Virus record (IMG/VR): IMGVR_UViG_3300037493_002677
Span: 1-54,788 of that record
Length of the DNA stretch: 54,788 nt
Origin: a virus
Lineage: Duplodnaviria; Caudoviricetes
Reading direction: 5' to 3' (one strand)
The first letter of the stretch is position 1, and each line of letters opens with the position of its first letter. Below, in pieces: positions 36,041 to 46,225 of the stretch. The notes beneath the pieces are model-generated. The model had not been told where the DNA came from, ran no database searches, and saw only the letters and a list, made by a program, of their open reading frames with translations. The translations under genes were made by a program, and so were the position numbers.

Positions 36041-36861
36041 AAGCATGGCAACGACTGCTGGAGACGGTTTCAGAGCTTGGTGAAATTCGTGGCGACCGAA
36101 CCGGTGTTGGCACGCAAAGCATCTTCGGGCTCAGCGCTGAGTTCGTTAATACTCCAGGGTTGTTTCCAGCTGTAACTACCAAGCGCCTTGCGGTGAAGCA
36201 GTGCTTTGCCGAGATGGCGCTGTTCATCCAGGGCAAGCACACACTGGCTGACTTCCACGCACTCGGCTGTACCATTTGGGACGGCAATGGCACGGCACCA
36301 GGGTGGCAACCGTGGGCAGACGGCGACCTTGGTCGGATCTATGGGGTGCAGTGGCGAGATTGGCGTACCGGAATTTCCAGCAGTCAAACGGGCACAGACC
36401 AGCTCTACCTGTTTGTTGAGCGTTTGAAGAAGGACCCCAATTCACGGCGCCACATTATGACCACCTGGAATCCTGGAGAACTGGCGCATATGTGCCTCCC
36501 TCCTTGTCACATCATGCTGCAAGCTTACGTCTCAGGCCAGCACCTTGACTTCCTAGTCTATATGCGCTCAGTTGACCTCGTTCTTGGCCTTCCGTTTGAC
36601 GTGGCAGGCTATGCTCTGCTTCAGCATTTGGTCGCAAAGGAGGTCAATTTGAAGCCGCGGCGGCTGCTGTTCAACTTCGGCGACGCACACATCTACCGCA
36701 ACCATTCGAAGGCCGTGGCGACGATCCTAGCGCGTCTGCCGAAGGCTCCGCCACGCCTGCTGCTTGCACCGGAAGCAAGGCTTTTTGACTTCCACCCGGA
36801 CATGGCGACGCTGGAGGGCTACGACGCACACGAAGCAGTCAAGGCGGAGCTGAATGTATGA
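36037..36861 (+). CDS. Thymidylate synthase homolog with Asp at the substrate-specificity position
   Basis: DRTGVGT, TTKR, YG.QWR, SRR, LPPCH, MRSVD..LGLPFD, GDAHIY.NH. Confidence 0.88.
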   Translation: MKAWQRLLETVSELGEIRGDRTGVGTQSIFGLSAEFVNTPGLFPAVTTKRLAVKQCFAEMALFIQGKHTLADFHALGCTIWDGNGTAPGWQPWADGDLGRIYGVQWRDWRTGISSSQTGTDQLYLFVERLKKDPNSRRHIMTTWNPGELAHMCLPPCHIMLQAYVSGQHLDFLVYMRSVDLVLGLPFDVAGYALLQHLVAKEVNLKPRRLLFNFGDAHIYRNHSKAVATILARLPKAPPRLLLAPEARLFDFHPDMATLEGYDAHEAVKAELNV

Positions 36862-37292
36862 GACCGTGCAAGAACTTGTACTTTATGCGTCTCGCCGACC
36901 TGGCCAGTACCCGAGCGACATGCTTAAAACGCGCCGTGGGCTGCGTCTTGGTGGACCAAAGGGGCCACGTACTGAGCATGGGGTACAACGGGGTGTCGTC
37001 TGGAATGCCGCATTGCAACGAGGAAAACCCTTGTCACAATTGGGACCTTCCCCCTGGTCAAGATTCTTGTGAGGCCGTGCACGCGGAGCAGAATGCCCTC
37101 CTCCAATGCCGAGACCCTTGGAGCATAGACACCGCTTACGTCACACTTAGCCCCTGCAAGGCGTGCCTCAAGCTCTTGATGAACACCTCTTGCCAGCGCA
37201 TTGTATTTCGCGCTGAGCACTCGGATCCTTGGCCCAAAGCACAATGGGAAAAAATGGGTAGGATCTGGGTACACCTTGACGATGTTCTATGA
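36858..37292 (+). CDS. dCMP deaminase
   Basis: RATC.KR.VG, GYNG, HAEQNA, SPC..C. Confidence 0.9.
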   Translation: MRPCKNLYFMRLADLASTRATCLKRAVGCVLVDQRGHVLSMGYNGVSSGMPHCNEENPCHNWDLPPGQDSCEAVHAEQNALLQCRDPWSIDTAYVTLSPCKACLKLLMNTSCQRIVFRAEHSDPWPKAQWEKMGRIWVHLDDVL

Positions 37293-39133
37293 ATACTCGC
37301 TATAGCTTCGGATGGACAGACCACCGGGAAATTTTCGGAAGAGCAGCTCTAGGTGGCGGCAATAACGACGTTAATCTGAAATACACCGGAAAAGAATCCG
37401 TCGACAAAGGGTGGGCGTGCTCTTACTGCCGCAGCTTATTCACAGCCACTCGCACAACATCCTGTCCCAACTGCGGAGCACCGAAATGAACAACCACTAC
37501 GAATCCGATAACCTGCAATGCGCCGCAAAATCAGAAAAGACCAAGAAACGCTGCGCCCTGATCGCCAGTCATAGCGACGGCGGCAAGGTGCTGTGTCTCC
37601 GCCATCACCAGATTGCGATAAGGAACCGCGCCAACTCAGTTCCATTGAAGAAATCATCTTCGACTCAGTGACTGAGAGAACAAGGGAGTTTATCTTGAGA
37701 AGGATACCGAAATGAAAGCCGACCGCGTTGTGTTCTACACCTGCCTCCTGATCGCTGGCTTCCTGCTCGGCCAGTGGTCTGTGCCTGAAGCGAAGCTTGG
37801 CGCATGTGTCGAGATGCCGAGCAAGATGAGATCCCTAAGTCAGGATCAGGGGGCGTGGATTAAGTACTACCGGAGCAAAGCGCAATGAGCCAATTCCAAA
37901 TGACCAGCACCGAGTACGGACTGAGCGTCCATGTCCGTCTGGATGCAGAGGGTCACCTAAACCAAGCAGACCTACGTGATGCACTCAACCGTCTGCTGAA
38001 CTGCCTGTCGAACTGGGAAGGCGTTGATATTGAAATCAAGTCGGTGAGCCAGTCATGAACTGGGACACCGCGCCACAAGAGTTGGACGCACTCCGGGCGC
38101 AGGTTGCGGCGCTGACGGAGGAGCGTGATCACTGGCAGCAAGCATACGAACGCTGCAACGAGGTGTGCAAAGCAACTGCGGAATGTTGGAACGCAGACCT
38201 AGCAGTGGCACAGGTAGAGAACGTACAGTTGAGGGATTTCGTAGAGACAGTGCGCGAACTTGCCACAATCGAAACGCCAACGGCGGTTATCCAAGCACTC
38301 AATTCTCTCGACCTGCATACTTACCACACCGCCGCACTGGATGCTCTGCTTGCACAGGAGCGGGAGGCGTGTGCTGTTGAGTGTGCGAAGTACGCATCGA
38401 ATACGTCACACCAAGACGTTGCCGCCGCTATCCGGGAGATGAAGTAATGAAACTGACACCGTGGTATCCGGCCAATATCAAGCCGGCGCGTGAGGGGTGG
38501 TACAAAGTACGTTGCTCTTACAAGAATGTCTGCGGCGGTATGCACTACTGGAACGGAAAGCGGTGGGAAGTTCCGCCGTGGGGTGAAACCTTTGCTGCAC
38601 CGTGGAGAGGAATACGGAAATGATCTCCGTGACCACTGCATTCCTTTTCATCCTCGCCGCAGTTGGGCTTGGACTTTTAGTTGGTTGGATAATTTGGGGG
38701 AGATGGTAATGAACCTAGCACGCGAAGCAGTACGAGCATGGCCGAGGCATCCACTCGCCACACGGCAGCAGACCAACGCACTCCGCAGGGGCTACATCAA
38801 AGCAAGGGTGTGGCTTGGAGACAAGTGGCTGCTGGCTGTGCCGGTGAAGCGTAAAGAAGAACACTGATTTTTAACCACGAAAGGAAACATGAAATGAGCA
38901 ACGATCCTTGGATTCACCGCAGCGACAACATGAAGTGCAAGACATGCATATGGTTTGTGCCGAAGGTGGCCGCAACGCACCCACTGCACGACAACGAGCA
39001 CAATGACACGAACACCTACGACCTTGGCCGCTGCCGTCGCCACTGCCCGACTATGGGCGGCTACCCTGTCGTGATGGTGAATGATTGGTGTGGCGACCAC
39101 CGGCTTGACGAGAACAAGTTTCGCGCTGGCTGA
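37289..39133 (+). CDS. Cluster of small hypothetical ORFs (37289-37489 Zn ribbon, 37486-37671, 37712-37888 TM, 37885-38058, 38055-38447, 38447-38623, 38709-38867, 38894-39133 Cys-rich)
   Basis: Co-oriented and mostly ATGA/TAATG-coupled. Confidence 0.55.
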
Positions 39134-39135
39134 CC

Positions 39136-39205
39136 AAACCTTCCGCCCCTGCGTGTGACCCTTAACCAAGTTATGTGTCCAGTGAAGCGCGGGGGTGGGA
39201 GGTTT
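39136..39205 (+). ncRNA. Long-stem structured RNA B
   Basis: AAACCTTCCGCCCCTGCG/CGCGGGGGTGGGAGGTTT, 18 contiguous pairs including 3 G.U; inner hairpin loop CCTTAACCAA. Confidence 0.55.
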
Positions 39206-39231
39206 TATATTGAATTATCTGGGAGATATAA

Positions 39232-39934
39232 ATGTGGACTTGCAGATGCGAGAACAGACGCGCAGAGGACTGTGAGTCTACGGTTCGTATTGCTGTGCTG
39301 AAGGAAGCACTGGCTCAGATGGTCAGTGTGTTCCAGACCAAAGCCGATTCGTACCCGACACACGGCGCTATTGCTGCTGCTGTCAAAGCATTGGAGGGGA
39401 AATGACGGACGAAGAAGCAGTCCTTGCCGCGATAAACGAACTCATATCCCTGCGGCTTGAGGTGAAGACCTTGACGAAGGAGCGCAACGATCTACAAGAC
39501 AAGTGCAACAACTTCGCGGAGAAGTTTCATGCTGCTATCACCAAGGCTGAGAAGTATAGGCCGGTGGCATTCTCGACCATCGACATCTGTAACCTTGAGC
39601 GTATAGGTCAGCATGACCTTGCGGGATACCTGCGTAGGAATGACGGGAAAATATACTTTCTGGAAGAAGGACTGACAAACAGGTTGGACGATAATAGGTC
39701 GTTTACTGGAGCGTGGAGGTCAGAGAAATGAGCATCTACACCGTGTCATGGTGCGTCAAGGATGACGGGAAGTGGGTGAAACGGGTGGAGCGTGTCGAGT
39801 ACCCCGATGATGATGCCGCGAGGAATCACGTATTCCCGCACGAAGCTATCGACAGCCCCTACGCGCAGATCGAATCTGGCCCACTCGCAACACCTTACGC
39901 GCCTATCCCGAAGCGCAAGAACACCAACGCATAG
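39232..39934 (+). CDS. Three small hypothetical ORFs (39232-39405, 39402-39731, 39728-39934)
   Basis: SD sequences and ATGA coupling. Confidence 0.55.
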
Positions 39935-39954
39935 AAACCTAAGAGGTACGGAGC

Positions 39955-40371
39955 ATGAACCGCAGAGGCTTTCTTCAAACATGTCTAGCCCTAGCCGCAG
40001 CACCGGCTATCGTCCGGGCCGAGAGCATCATGCGCATCTGGACGCCGCCGCAGAATATCGGGCTACTAAGGCCGGGGGTTATGCACATGATTCAGATGCA
40101 GAGGTCATGGTTGGGGGCTGGCACAACTAAGTGGTTTCTCGACGGGCGGCAGGTTGATGAAATCCGTGGAGTTGAGTCGAACGGATTCGATCTGCATGTC
40201 GATGGCGTTCCGTTGATAACGCAACCCTACCAGCCGGCCACAGATCGTCAGATCAGCCTGTCGATTAGGCGGGATACGCCAGCACAGCACACTCTAGGCA
40301 GCGTGACGATGGAGTACAGAAGCATTGCCTCGCCGACAACCTACATGTTCAACAACTGGAGTCACCAATGA
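39955..40371 (+). CDS. Protein with a twin-arginine (Tat)-like signal peptide
   Basis: MNRRGFLQTCLALAAAPAIVRA|ES. Confidence 0.6.
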   Translation: MNRRGFLQTCLALAAAPAIVRAESIMRIWTPPQNIGLLRPGVMHMIQMQRSWLGAGTTKWFLDGRQVDEIRGVESNGFDLHVDGVPLITQPYQPATDRQISLSIRRDTPAQHTLGSVTMEYRSIASPTTYMFNNWSHQ

Positions 40372-40583
40372 AACCTGTCAATCCGAATACCGCGTGGCCG
40401 GTTTATACCCCAGCTCCTAAAGCCGATTTCGACGACTTCTTCCGGCTTATTGTCCGCGGTATGTTGACAGAGCCCCCTGAGGAAGCGCAGTCCGAAGCCC
40501 CGAGTAAACCGCCGCATTCGCCAGAGGACTGCGCGTCGCTTCCGGAGCCCCGGAAAGTACAGCCCGGCCTACCGGACTATTGA
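40368..40583 (+). CDS. Small hypothetical ORF overlapping the convergent gene
   Basis: GGAG RBS and ATGA coupling; 137 bp antisense overlap. Confidence 0.4.
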   Translation: MKPVNPNTAWPVYTPAPKADFDDFFRLIVRGMLTEPPEEAQSEAPSKPPHSPEDCASLPEPRKVQPGLPDY

Positions 40584-42063
40584 GACCATGAACCAGTCCC
40601 TGCTCAGCAGCAAGCGCTGCACCAGCCCATGGAAGAACGCCAGCTGCATGTGGAGCCCACGCGGGGGCTGTAAGGCCAGCGCTCAGCGCTAAGGGCTTAG
40701 CCCATCCGCTAGAAGGCTCACCACGAACAAACTCCCGCGAGCCGCGCTGTGCCAAGCGGAAAGCATCTAGTGCATTCTTGCCGCCCTGATCGAGGCGATC
40801 GTAGAGCTGCTTGTTGATTGTGGCGTTGCGCTGACTCAGCGCCATGTCCCGCACAATGTCTTCCGGGCGCTCATAGGCGTTGTCCACAATCTTACCAGCC
40901 ACTGGATGCTCCCGCAGCGGCAGGATTTCGTTCTTGAACGTAGAGCTAAGTTCTTTGTGGGCAGCGAGGGCTTCCTCCGTCGCCTTGGCGCCACCCCAAG
41001 TATCAATGTCTTCCATGATACCTTTGTACAGCTGTTTCCAACGGTTGGAGTCAGCTGTATTGATATTGCTCGCCCCGCTCTTGGACTGCATCTCGACCTT
41101 TGCCATGATCGGGCCGAGGGTCTTGCGCAGGTCATCTAGCTGGCGGAAACTCATATTCTTTGGAATACGTCCGGCAGGAGCTGCGACAATACTGTTCACA
41201 AGCTGACGCAGGGTCGGATCACCAATGGCATCCAAGGTGTTCGGACTGCGCGTAGCAATCGCCTTCAAGGAGTCATAGGTGTTCCGAGGCACCACCTTTG
41301 GCATTGCAGGGTTTGCCGTGATTAGATCATCCAACCGCGTGGCGGCGTCCGATACTCTGGACTGAGCCGCTTGGTAGGCATTCATGACCGCATTGCTTAA
41401 CGGGTTGTTAGTAACGTCCGCCATCATGGTGGCGACCTGAGCGGGCTGGCCGGCGGAAGGAGATGCGAACGACTTTTCTTCCAGCATACGGAGGAGCTTG
41501 GAGTCGGCAATGTCCCCTGCGGTCAGCCCGAGGCCCTGTGGACGCGCCGCAGCCGCAACTTGCCCCTCTCGCGACAGATTACCAGCTAGGGTGTTAGCGC
41601 CACGCACGAGGCCGGAGGCCAGTGCCTGCCCACCGCCGAACTCCGCAGCGCCTTTCAAGGCATTGACGCCGCGCTCCATTACGTTGGGGGCTGGCTCTAT
41701 GGCCCGCGTAGCCGCACCATATAGGGCTTGAGGCACCACCCGCGCAGGTGCGGCCATGGAGCCCGCCACATCGGGCAGGAGCGCCCCTATAGAGCCTGCG
41801 GTATCCTGCGACAGCCCGAAGTCTTCCGCGGCAGGTTCTCCGCGCAGACCACGAGCCTTATTGACGAACCCCATGCCGGCACCCGCCAATCCACGCTTCA
41901 ACCAACTTGGCTCAATCTCGGAGGCGGCGCTCGGCGCACCGAACACTTCCCGCGCTACTTCTGGAGTCGTGAATGGTTTGCCCGTCGCGGGGTTGGTGCC
42001 GGCCGCAGCAGGCTCGCCGTCGAAGTCCTCGGCAGTCAGGTCTTGGAATTTAGTGTCAGCCAT
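40447..42063 (-). CDS. Internal virion/DNA ejection protein
   Basis: Ala/Gly-rich and helical; last gene of the ejection cluster. Confidence 0.6.
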   Translation of the reverse strand: MADTKFQDLTAEDFDGEPAAAGTNPATGKPFTTPEVAREVFGAPSAASEIEPSWLKRGLAGAGMGFVNKARGLRGEPAAEDFGLSQDTAGSIGALLPDVAGSMAAPARVVPQALYGAATRAIEPAPNVMERGVNALKGAAEFGGGQALASGLVRGANTLAGNLSREGQVAAAARPQGLGLTAGDIADSKLLRMLEEKSFASPSAGQPAQVATMMADVTNNPLSNAVMNAYQAAQSRVSDAATRLDDLITANPAMPKVVPRNTYDSLKAIATRSPNTLDAIGDPTLRQLVNSIVAAPAGRIPKNMSFRQLDDLRKTLGPIMAKVEMQSKSGASNINTADSNRWKQLYKGIMEDIDTWGGAKATEEALAAHKELSSTFKNEILPLREHPVAGKIVDNAYERPEDIVRDMALSQRNATINKQLYDRLDQGGKNALDAFRLAQRGSREFVRGEPSSGWAKPLALSAGLTAPAWAPHAAGVLPWAGAALAAEQGLVHGLNSPVGRAVLSGAPEATRSPLANAAVYSGLRTALPQGALSTYRGQ

Positions 42064-43712
42064 TATTTCACCCTGTTCCAACTTTGCACGGCGTCGGAAT
42101 CCGTTGCGCCCGGATTCTTGGCTTTGAATTTATCGATGTATTGCGTAGCGCCGATCCATTGACTGCCCAACTTCTTCACGGAGCCCTTGGCCTCCTTCAT
42201 CAGTGGAGAATTCGACCAAGCATCGCTGTACCCCTCGAACGTTCCGGTGGTGTTCTTGTGAGCCAGACCGACCTTCTCACGCATCTTGAGCTGGCGAGCG
42301 GTCTCCATGATGTAAGCCTCGAGGTAGGCGTTGGCGTCCGGGTCGCTGCCGATCGAAGTAACTTGGCTCCGAGCACGTTGCGCGTCGCCCTCAGTCTGAA
42401 CACCCTTCGCCGCCATAAGGATCTGATTCACCATCCCCGCTGTCAGCTTCTCAGCTTCCTGAGCGTTGGCGATCCCTTTGCGTAGGTCCGAGTTCTCGGG
42501 GAGGAAGCTCAGCGCGTACTTGCCAGTTTCTCCACCCATGAACTCCTTCAGCTTGCCGTTCTTCAGAGCGTAGTTCATCTGCCCGAGGACGTTGAAGTCC
42601 TGCATGATCTTGCCGGTGTTCGCGAACGCTTCGGCAGGCTTGGCCACGTTGTCGGCAAACAGACCTTCATAGGTCTTGGCGCTAGCTCCAGCAGTTTCCT
42701 TTCGAGCTTCCGCGCCGGGGATGTCTTTCTTGGGCATCGCGTTAGAGCGCGTCAGGGCGGACTCCACTCCTTTCAAGGTGCCGGCGTTCGGACGAGCAAT
42801 GTACCTCTGGAAGTTGCGTTCCACTTCAGCGCGGGCCTCCGGAGGTAGGGAGGCGATGTGGTTTTTCAACGCGGCTATATTGTCTTCGTGACCAGCTGAA
42901 GTTTCCTCCGCGAGCGCCTTACCCACGGCTTCCGGCTGTGGCGTAGAAACTTCGGCCGCTGGTTGGTCAGTAGTCGGAACGCCCCCAACGTCCCCAGCGA
43001 GAGGCTTGGTGCGGTTTCCCATACGGCGGTTGGCATCTTCGATGAGGCGCAGCGCCTCCGTGTGTGCCCAGTGGGTGGCTTCGTCGAGGGTCGCATATTC
43101 ACCCTTTTCTACAGCGGCTTTAGCCAGTGTCTGCGTCAGCTGCGTCAACTTGCCAATGTCCTGTGGGCCGTAAGTACCTACAGGCAGGCCGGTGTTCTTG
43201 TCGTATACAGTCGTGGTTCCATCCGAATTCTTGCGCGGCTCGAAGCCCTTGTTTTGGCCATAGAGCTGCTTCATCATTGCTGCACTTTGGTCCTTGGACT
43301 CCAGAGCACGTACTTCCGCCTGCCGCGTCTTGGTCAAATCGCCTTGGTTCTTGAGGTCTTGCTGTTGGGTCTGGTCTACAAACTTGCCGTACTCTGCACC
43401 ACCCTTACCCAACATGGCCCCGGTATTGCCCCACGTCGGAGCAACGGAGCTGAATCCCTGAGCGATAGAGCCCCAGCGGCCGGCTTCTGAGGCCTCTGGC
43501 TGACGAGACTGCTCAACCATCTGGGCATATTGGTTCATATCCCGGTTGTACGCGTCCTGTACCTTTTCCAAATAGCTCTGCTTTTTCTCCGCTTGAGCAA
43601 GCGCAAAGTTCTGTAACGCGCCCTGCGGGTTCATTGCAGGGTCGGGCTTTCCGACTTGTGCTGCGCCGATTTGGGTCAATGCGCCAGCGGGTTGTTCTTG
43701 GATGCCGTCCAT
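42063..43712 (-). CDS. Internal virion/DNA ejection protein
   Basis: Helical; KGVQTEGDAQRA motif typical of podovirus ejection proteins. Confidence 0.65.
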   Translation of the reverse strand: MDGIQEQPAGALTQIGAAQVGKPDPAMNPQGALQNFALAQAEKKQSYLEKVQDAYNRDMNQYAQMVEQSRQPEASEAGRWGSIAQGFSSVAPTWGNTGAMLGKGGAEYGKFVDQTQQQDLKNQGDLTKTRQAEVRALESKDQSAAMMKQLYGQNKGFEPRKNSDGTTTVYDKNTGLPVGTYGPQDIGKLTQLTQTLAKAAVEKGEYATLDEATHWAHTEALRLIEDANRRMGNRTKPLAGDVGGVPTTDQPAAEVSTPQPEAVGKALAEETSAGHEDNIAALKNHIASLPPEARAEVERNFQRYIARPNAGTLKGVESALTRSNAMPKKDIPGAEARKETAGASAKTYEGLFADNVAKPAEAFANTGKIMQDFNVLGQMNYALKNGKLKEFMGGETGKYALSFLPENSDLRKGIANAQEAEKLTAGMVNQILMAAKGVQTEGDAQRARSQVTSIGSDPDANAYLEAYIMETARQLKMREKVGLAHKNTTGTFEGYSDAWSNSPLMKEAKGSVKKLGSQWIGATQYIDKFKAKNPGATDSDAVQSWNRVK

Positions 43713-43721
43713 AGTGTCTCC

Positions 43722-44630
43722 TTAACGCGGTACTGGAGCCTGACCAGCGGTGATGGGCGAGGCCAAGGTGCGCGCCCCGGCGAAGCCCTGAGCAGCAGCC
43801 GCTAGAGGACTGACCTGCGTTCCAGCCGTCGGTACTTGAGTGACGGACTGCGTGGTGGATTGTTGCGCAGGCAAGCCGCGTATGATCTGGCTCAGCCAGT
43901 CAAGATTACCTCGCTGCCAGTTGTTCTGGTTCTGCCAGTCGTTGTTGGCAGCGATGAGGTTCTGTTGAGTCAAGGCTTGCTGCTGACCACCGGCTGTGCT
44001 GAGCGCGCCGACATCGTTGGCAGCGTACTGCTGCACTTGACCGCCGAGGTTCGCCTGACGCTGAAGGTCGGCCAGTGCCATGTTCTGAGCATTCTGGAAT
44101 CCTGTCTGTAGAGCGGAAGATTGCTGCCCAAGGATGGATTCATTGGCGTCACGCAGGGCATTGTTCATGAAGCCCGCGTTGCGCGTAGAGCCGAACTGCC
44201 CAGCACCGGTGAAGGTGGAATTGACCTGCGGCATCAAGTTTTCCGTCAGGTTGCGCTGGCCGAGCTGAGCGATCCGATTGACCACAGAATCCGTGTAAGG
44301 ATTCATGTACTGACCAACTACCTGCGGCACCGTCGATGATGCAGCGTTCGTGTACTGTTGCCAGTTGCCTTGGTTGGCTTGAGTGTCGGCGATAGCCTGA
44401 TTTTGTATGGCGTTCAGACCGGCGACCTGCCCAGTGTCTTGACCATAAGTGGCCGCGTTGGTGGGGGCTACGTATGGTTGGTATTCTCCGCCAGCGACTT
44501 CCGCCGCCTGTCCTGCCAGCCCTCGGGTGTACTCTTGAAGCCAGCCCGGTAGTTGAACATTGGAGTCCGATAGCGCAGACGTCAGAGACGCTGCGTTGGG
44601 ATCCATTCCGGGAAGAGCGGTGGCGGCCAT
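43722..44630 (-). CDS. DNA ejection/pilot protein
   Basis: LP.W..Y, YMNPYT..V, AGQFGSTR, Q-rich; start at ATG 44630. Confidence 0.7.
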   Translation of the reverse strand: MAATALPGMDPNAASLTSALSDSNVQLPGWLQEYTRGLAGQAAEVAGGEYQPYVAPTNAATYGQDTGQVAGLNAIQNQAIADTQANQGNWQQYTNAASSTVPQVVGQYMNPYTDSVVNRIAQLGQRNLTENLMPQVNSTFTGAGQFGSTRNAGFMNNALRDANESILGQQSSALQTGFQNAQNMALADLQRQANLGGQVQQYAANDVGALSTAGGQQQALTQQNLIAANNDWQNQNNWQRGNLDWLSQIIRGLPAQQSTTQSVTQVPTAGTQVSPLAAAAQGFAGARTLASPITAGQAPVPR

Positions 44631-45499
44631 TATTTGGCTCCTTTGAGGTAAGCTTCCGGAGCTTTCGCCTTCGGAGGAATCTTGGTTGCAGGAGCTGCGC
44701 GCTTGTGAGTTCGGATACCGACACGCATCTTGTCCAGCTTCTTGGCGCCGGCGGCGTTGTTGCCGTCGCCGAGGTCGGAGACTGTGGCGGCGTCCATCAC
44801 GTACTCGCCGTCTGAGAGCATCGCCGGAATCTTGTCGGCTTGGCCTGCCGTTCCACCTTTGACGTAGTGCGCTGAGCCTCCACATGCTTGGCACAGGCCG
44901 CCTTGACCACGAGCGACTCCGCCTTCAGCGGCATACATCGTGTTGGTCGAGCGCGGTGTCATCGCGGCGAGGGAGTTGCCGGAGAAAGCAGGACGCCCAG
45001 CGCCCCACGTAGGAAGCGATGCTCGTTGGTTGGTCACACGGACGGGAGCGGTAGACGTCTGGTGTTGTGCGAGAGCTGCGGCGCGAGCAGCCAGAGCCTC
45101 CCGTCGGGCTTGTTCCAGTGACTTGTTCTGGCGGTTGGCGCCGTAGGCCGAAACCAGAGCGCCCAGACCGCCGATACCGAACTTGCCCAGAGGCGAAGAT
45201 GCGGCGCGATCGATGGGGGCATACAGCTCGCTCATGCGATCCCACATGGAAGGCTCCACATTCGACGGAGTGTAGCCAGTATCTTGAATCCCCATGTCGA
45301 TAGGGTATGTCATTTCACGTGGCGAGTAGCCAGTGTCAGGAATTCCCATATCTATCGGGTATGACGCGTCTCCGCCGCCGAACCCGTACGAAAGGCTCGG
45401 CATCCAGAGGGAATCGCTTCCAGCGTCCATCAGTCCAGCAGCATCCAGTGAGGAAGTCGCTCCACTCCCAATGCCTATAAGATCGTCTAACCAGCTCAT
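44630..45499 (-). CDS. Internal virion protein with a C-terminal G.AD.IPAMLSDGEYV domain
   Basis: GQADKIPAMLSDGEYVMDAATV..LGDGN..AGAKKL; start at ATG 45499. Confidence 0.65.
   Translation of the reverse strand: MSWLDDLIGIGSGATSSLDAAGLMDAGSDSLWMPSLSYGFGGGDASYPIDMGIPDTGYSPREMTYPIDMGIQDTGYTPSNVEPSMWDRMSELYAPIDRAASSPLGKFGIGGLGALVSAYGANRQNKSLEQARREALAARAAALAQHQTSTAPVRVTNQRASLPTWGAGRPAFSGNSLAAMTPRSTNTMYAAEGGVARGQGGLCQACGGSAHYVKGGTAGQADKIPAMLSDGEYVMDAATVSDLGDGNNAAGAKKLDKMRVGIRTHKRAAPATKIPPKAKAPEAYLKGAK
45267..45362 (-). repeat. 54-bp tandem duplication encoding YPIDMGIxDTGYxP
   Basis: YPIDMGIPDTGYSP followed by YPIDMGIQDTGYTP. Confidence 0.8.
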
Positions 45500-46224
45500 G
45501 AGCGTGCTCCTCGAATCGAATGCGAAGGTGGCCGTGGCCCAAACGCGGGGTTCCACGGTTGTTGCTGATTTTGCAGGGGGATGGCGACTCGCCCAAGTCC
45601 GCCAACAGACGTCGGCCTAGCGGGAGGATTCAGCATGTTGTTAAGTCCGCTGGCAGCATTGTACAGGCCGCGAGCTTTGTTGGCGGTGGAGAGCGCGCCC
45701 TGCACCGGACGGGAAATGCCAGCCATGTCGCCGACTTCTTGCATTGACTGCGGATACCATGTTCCGCCGACGGCGTCATCCACAAACTGTGGAGCACCTT
45801 CGAACCCTGCTTCGGAAGCAAACCCGCCGAGTCCGCCAGCGGCCGCATCGCCACCCATAGTCAGGGTCGGTGTTCCTTCCAGCGCGGCCCATTGGGAGGC
45901 TAGAGGACCACTCGCCGCACCAGCGCCGGCTAAAGAGCCAAGAGCGTCTAAGCCAGCGGTGCCTTCCATCATTCCGCCCCAACCAAGAGCGTCTGCTCCC
46001 GCCCCCATTCCGGCGGACGCGATGCCGCTACCAATTCCCTCCGCCATCCCAGCACCAAGTCCCCAGTCAGCCATCCCACCGAGGAGAGCCTCCCCGCCGA
46101 AACCTTCAGCAAGTCCAGCGCCAAGCAACTCCCCACCTAGCATTTCACCAGCCAGAAGCTCTGCACCAACAACCTCTCCAAACAGGGCTTCCCCTGCGAC
46201 TGCTGCGGTTACGGGATCGCACAT
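45496..46224 (-). CDS. Gly/Ala-rich ejection protein (MCDP start)
   Basis: MCDPVTAA N-terminus typical of small podovirus internal proteins. Confidence 0.6.
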   Translation of the reverse strand: MCDPVTAAVAGEALFGEVVGAELLAGEMLGGELLGAGLAEGFGGEALLGGMADWGLGAGMAEGIGSGIASAGMGAGADALGWGGMMEGTAGLDALGSLAGAGAASGPLASQWAALEGTPTLTMGGDAAAGGLGGFASEAGFEGAPQFVDDAVGGTWYPQSMQEVGDMAGISRPVQGALSTANKARGLYNAASGLNNMLNPPARPTSVGGLGRVAIPLQNQQQPWNPAFGPRPPSHSIRGARS

Positions 46225-46225
46225 A

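Noticed and set aside
37664-37688. CTCAG-TGA-CTGAG-AGAACAA-GGGAG as a fifth hairpin+TGACAA leader
   Set aside because: Short stem, lacks TGACAA, and is not properly spaced to a start codon.
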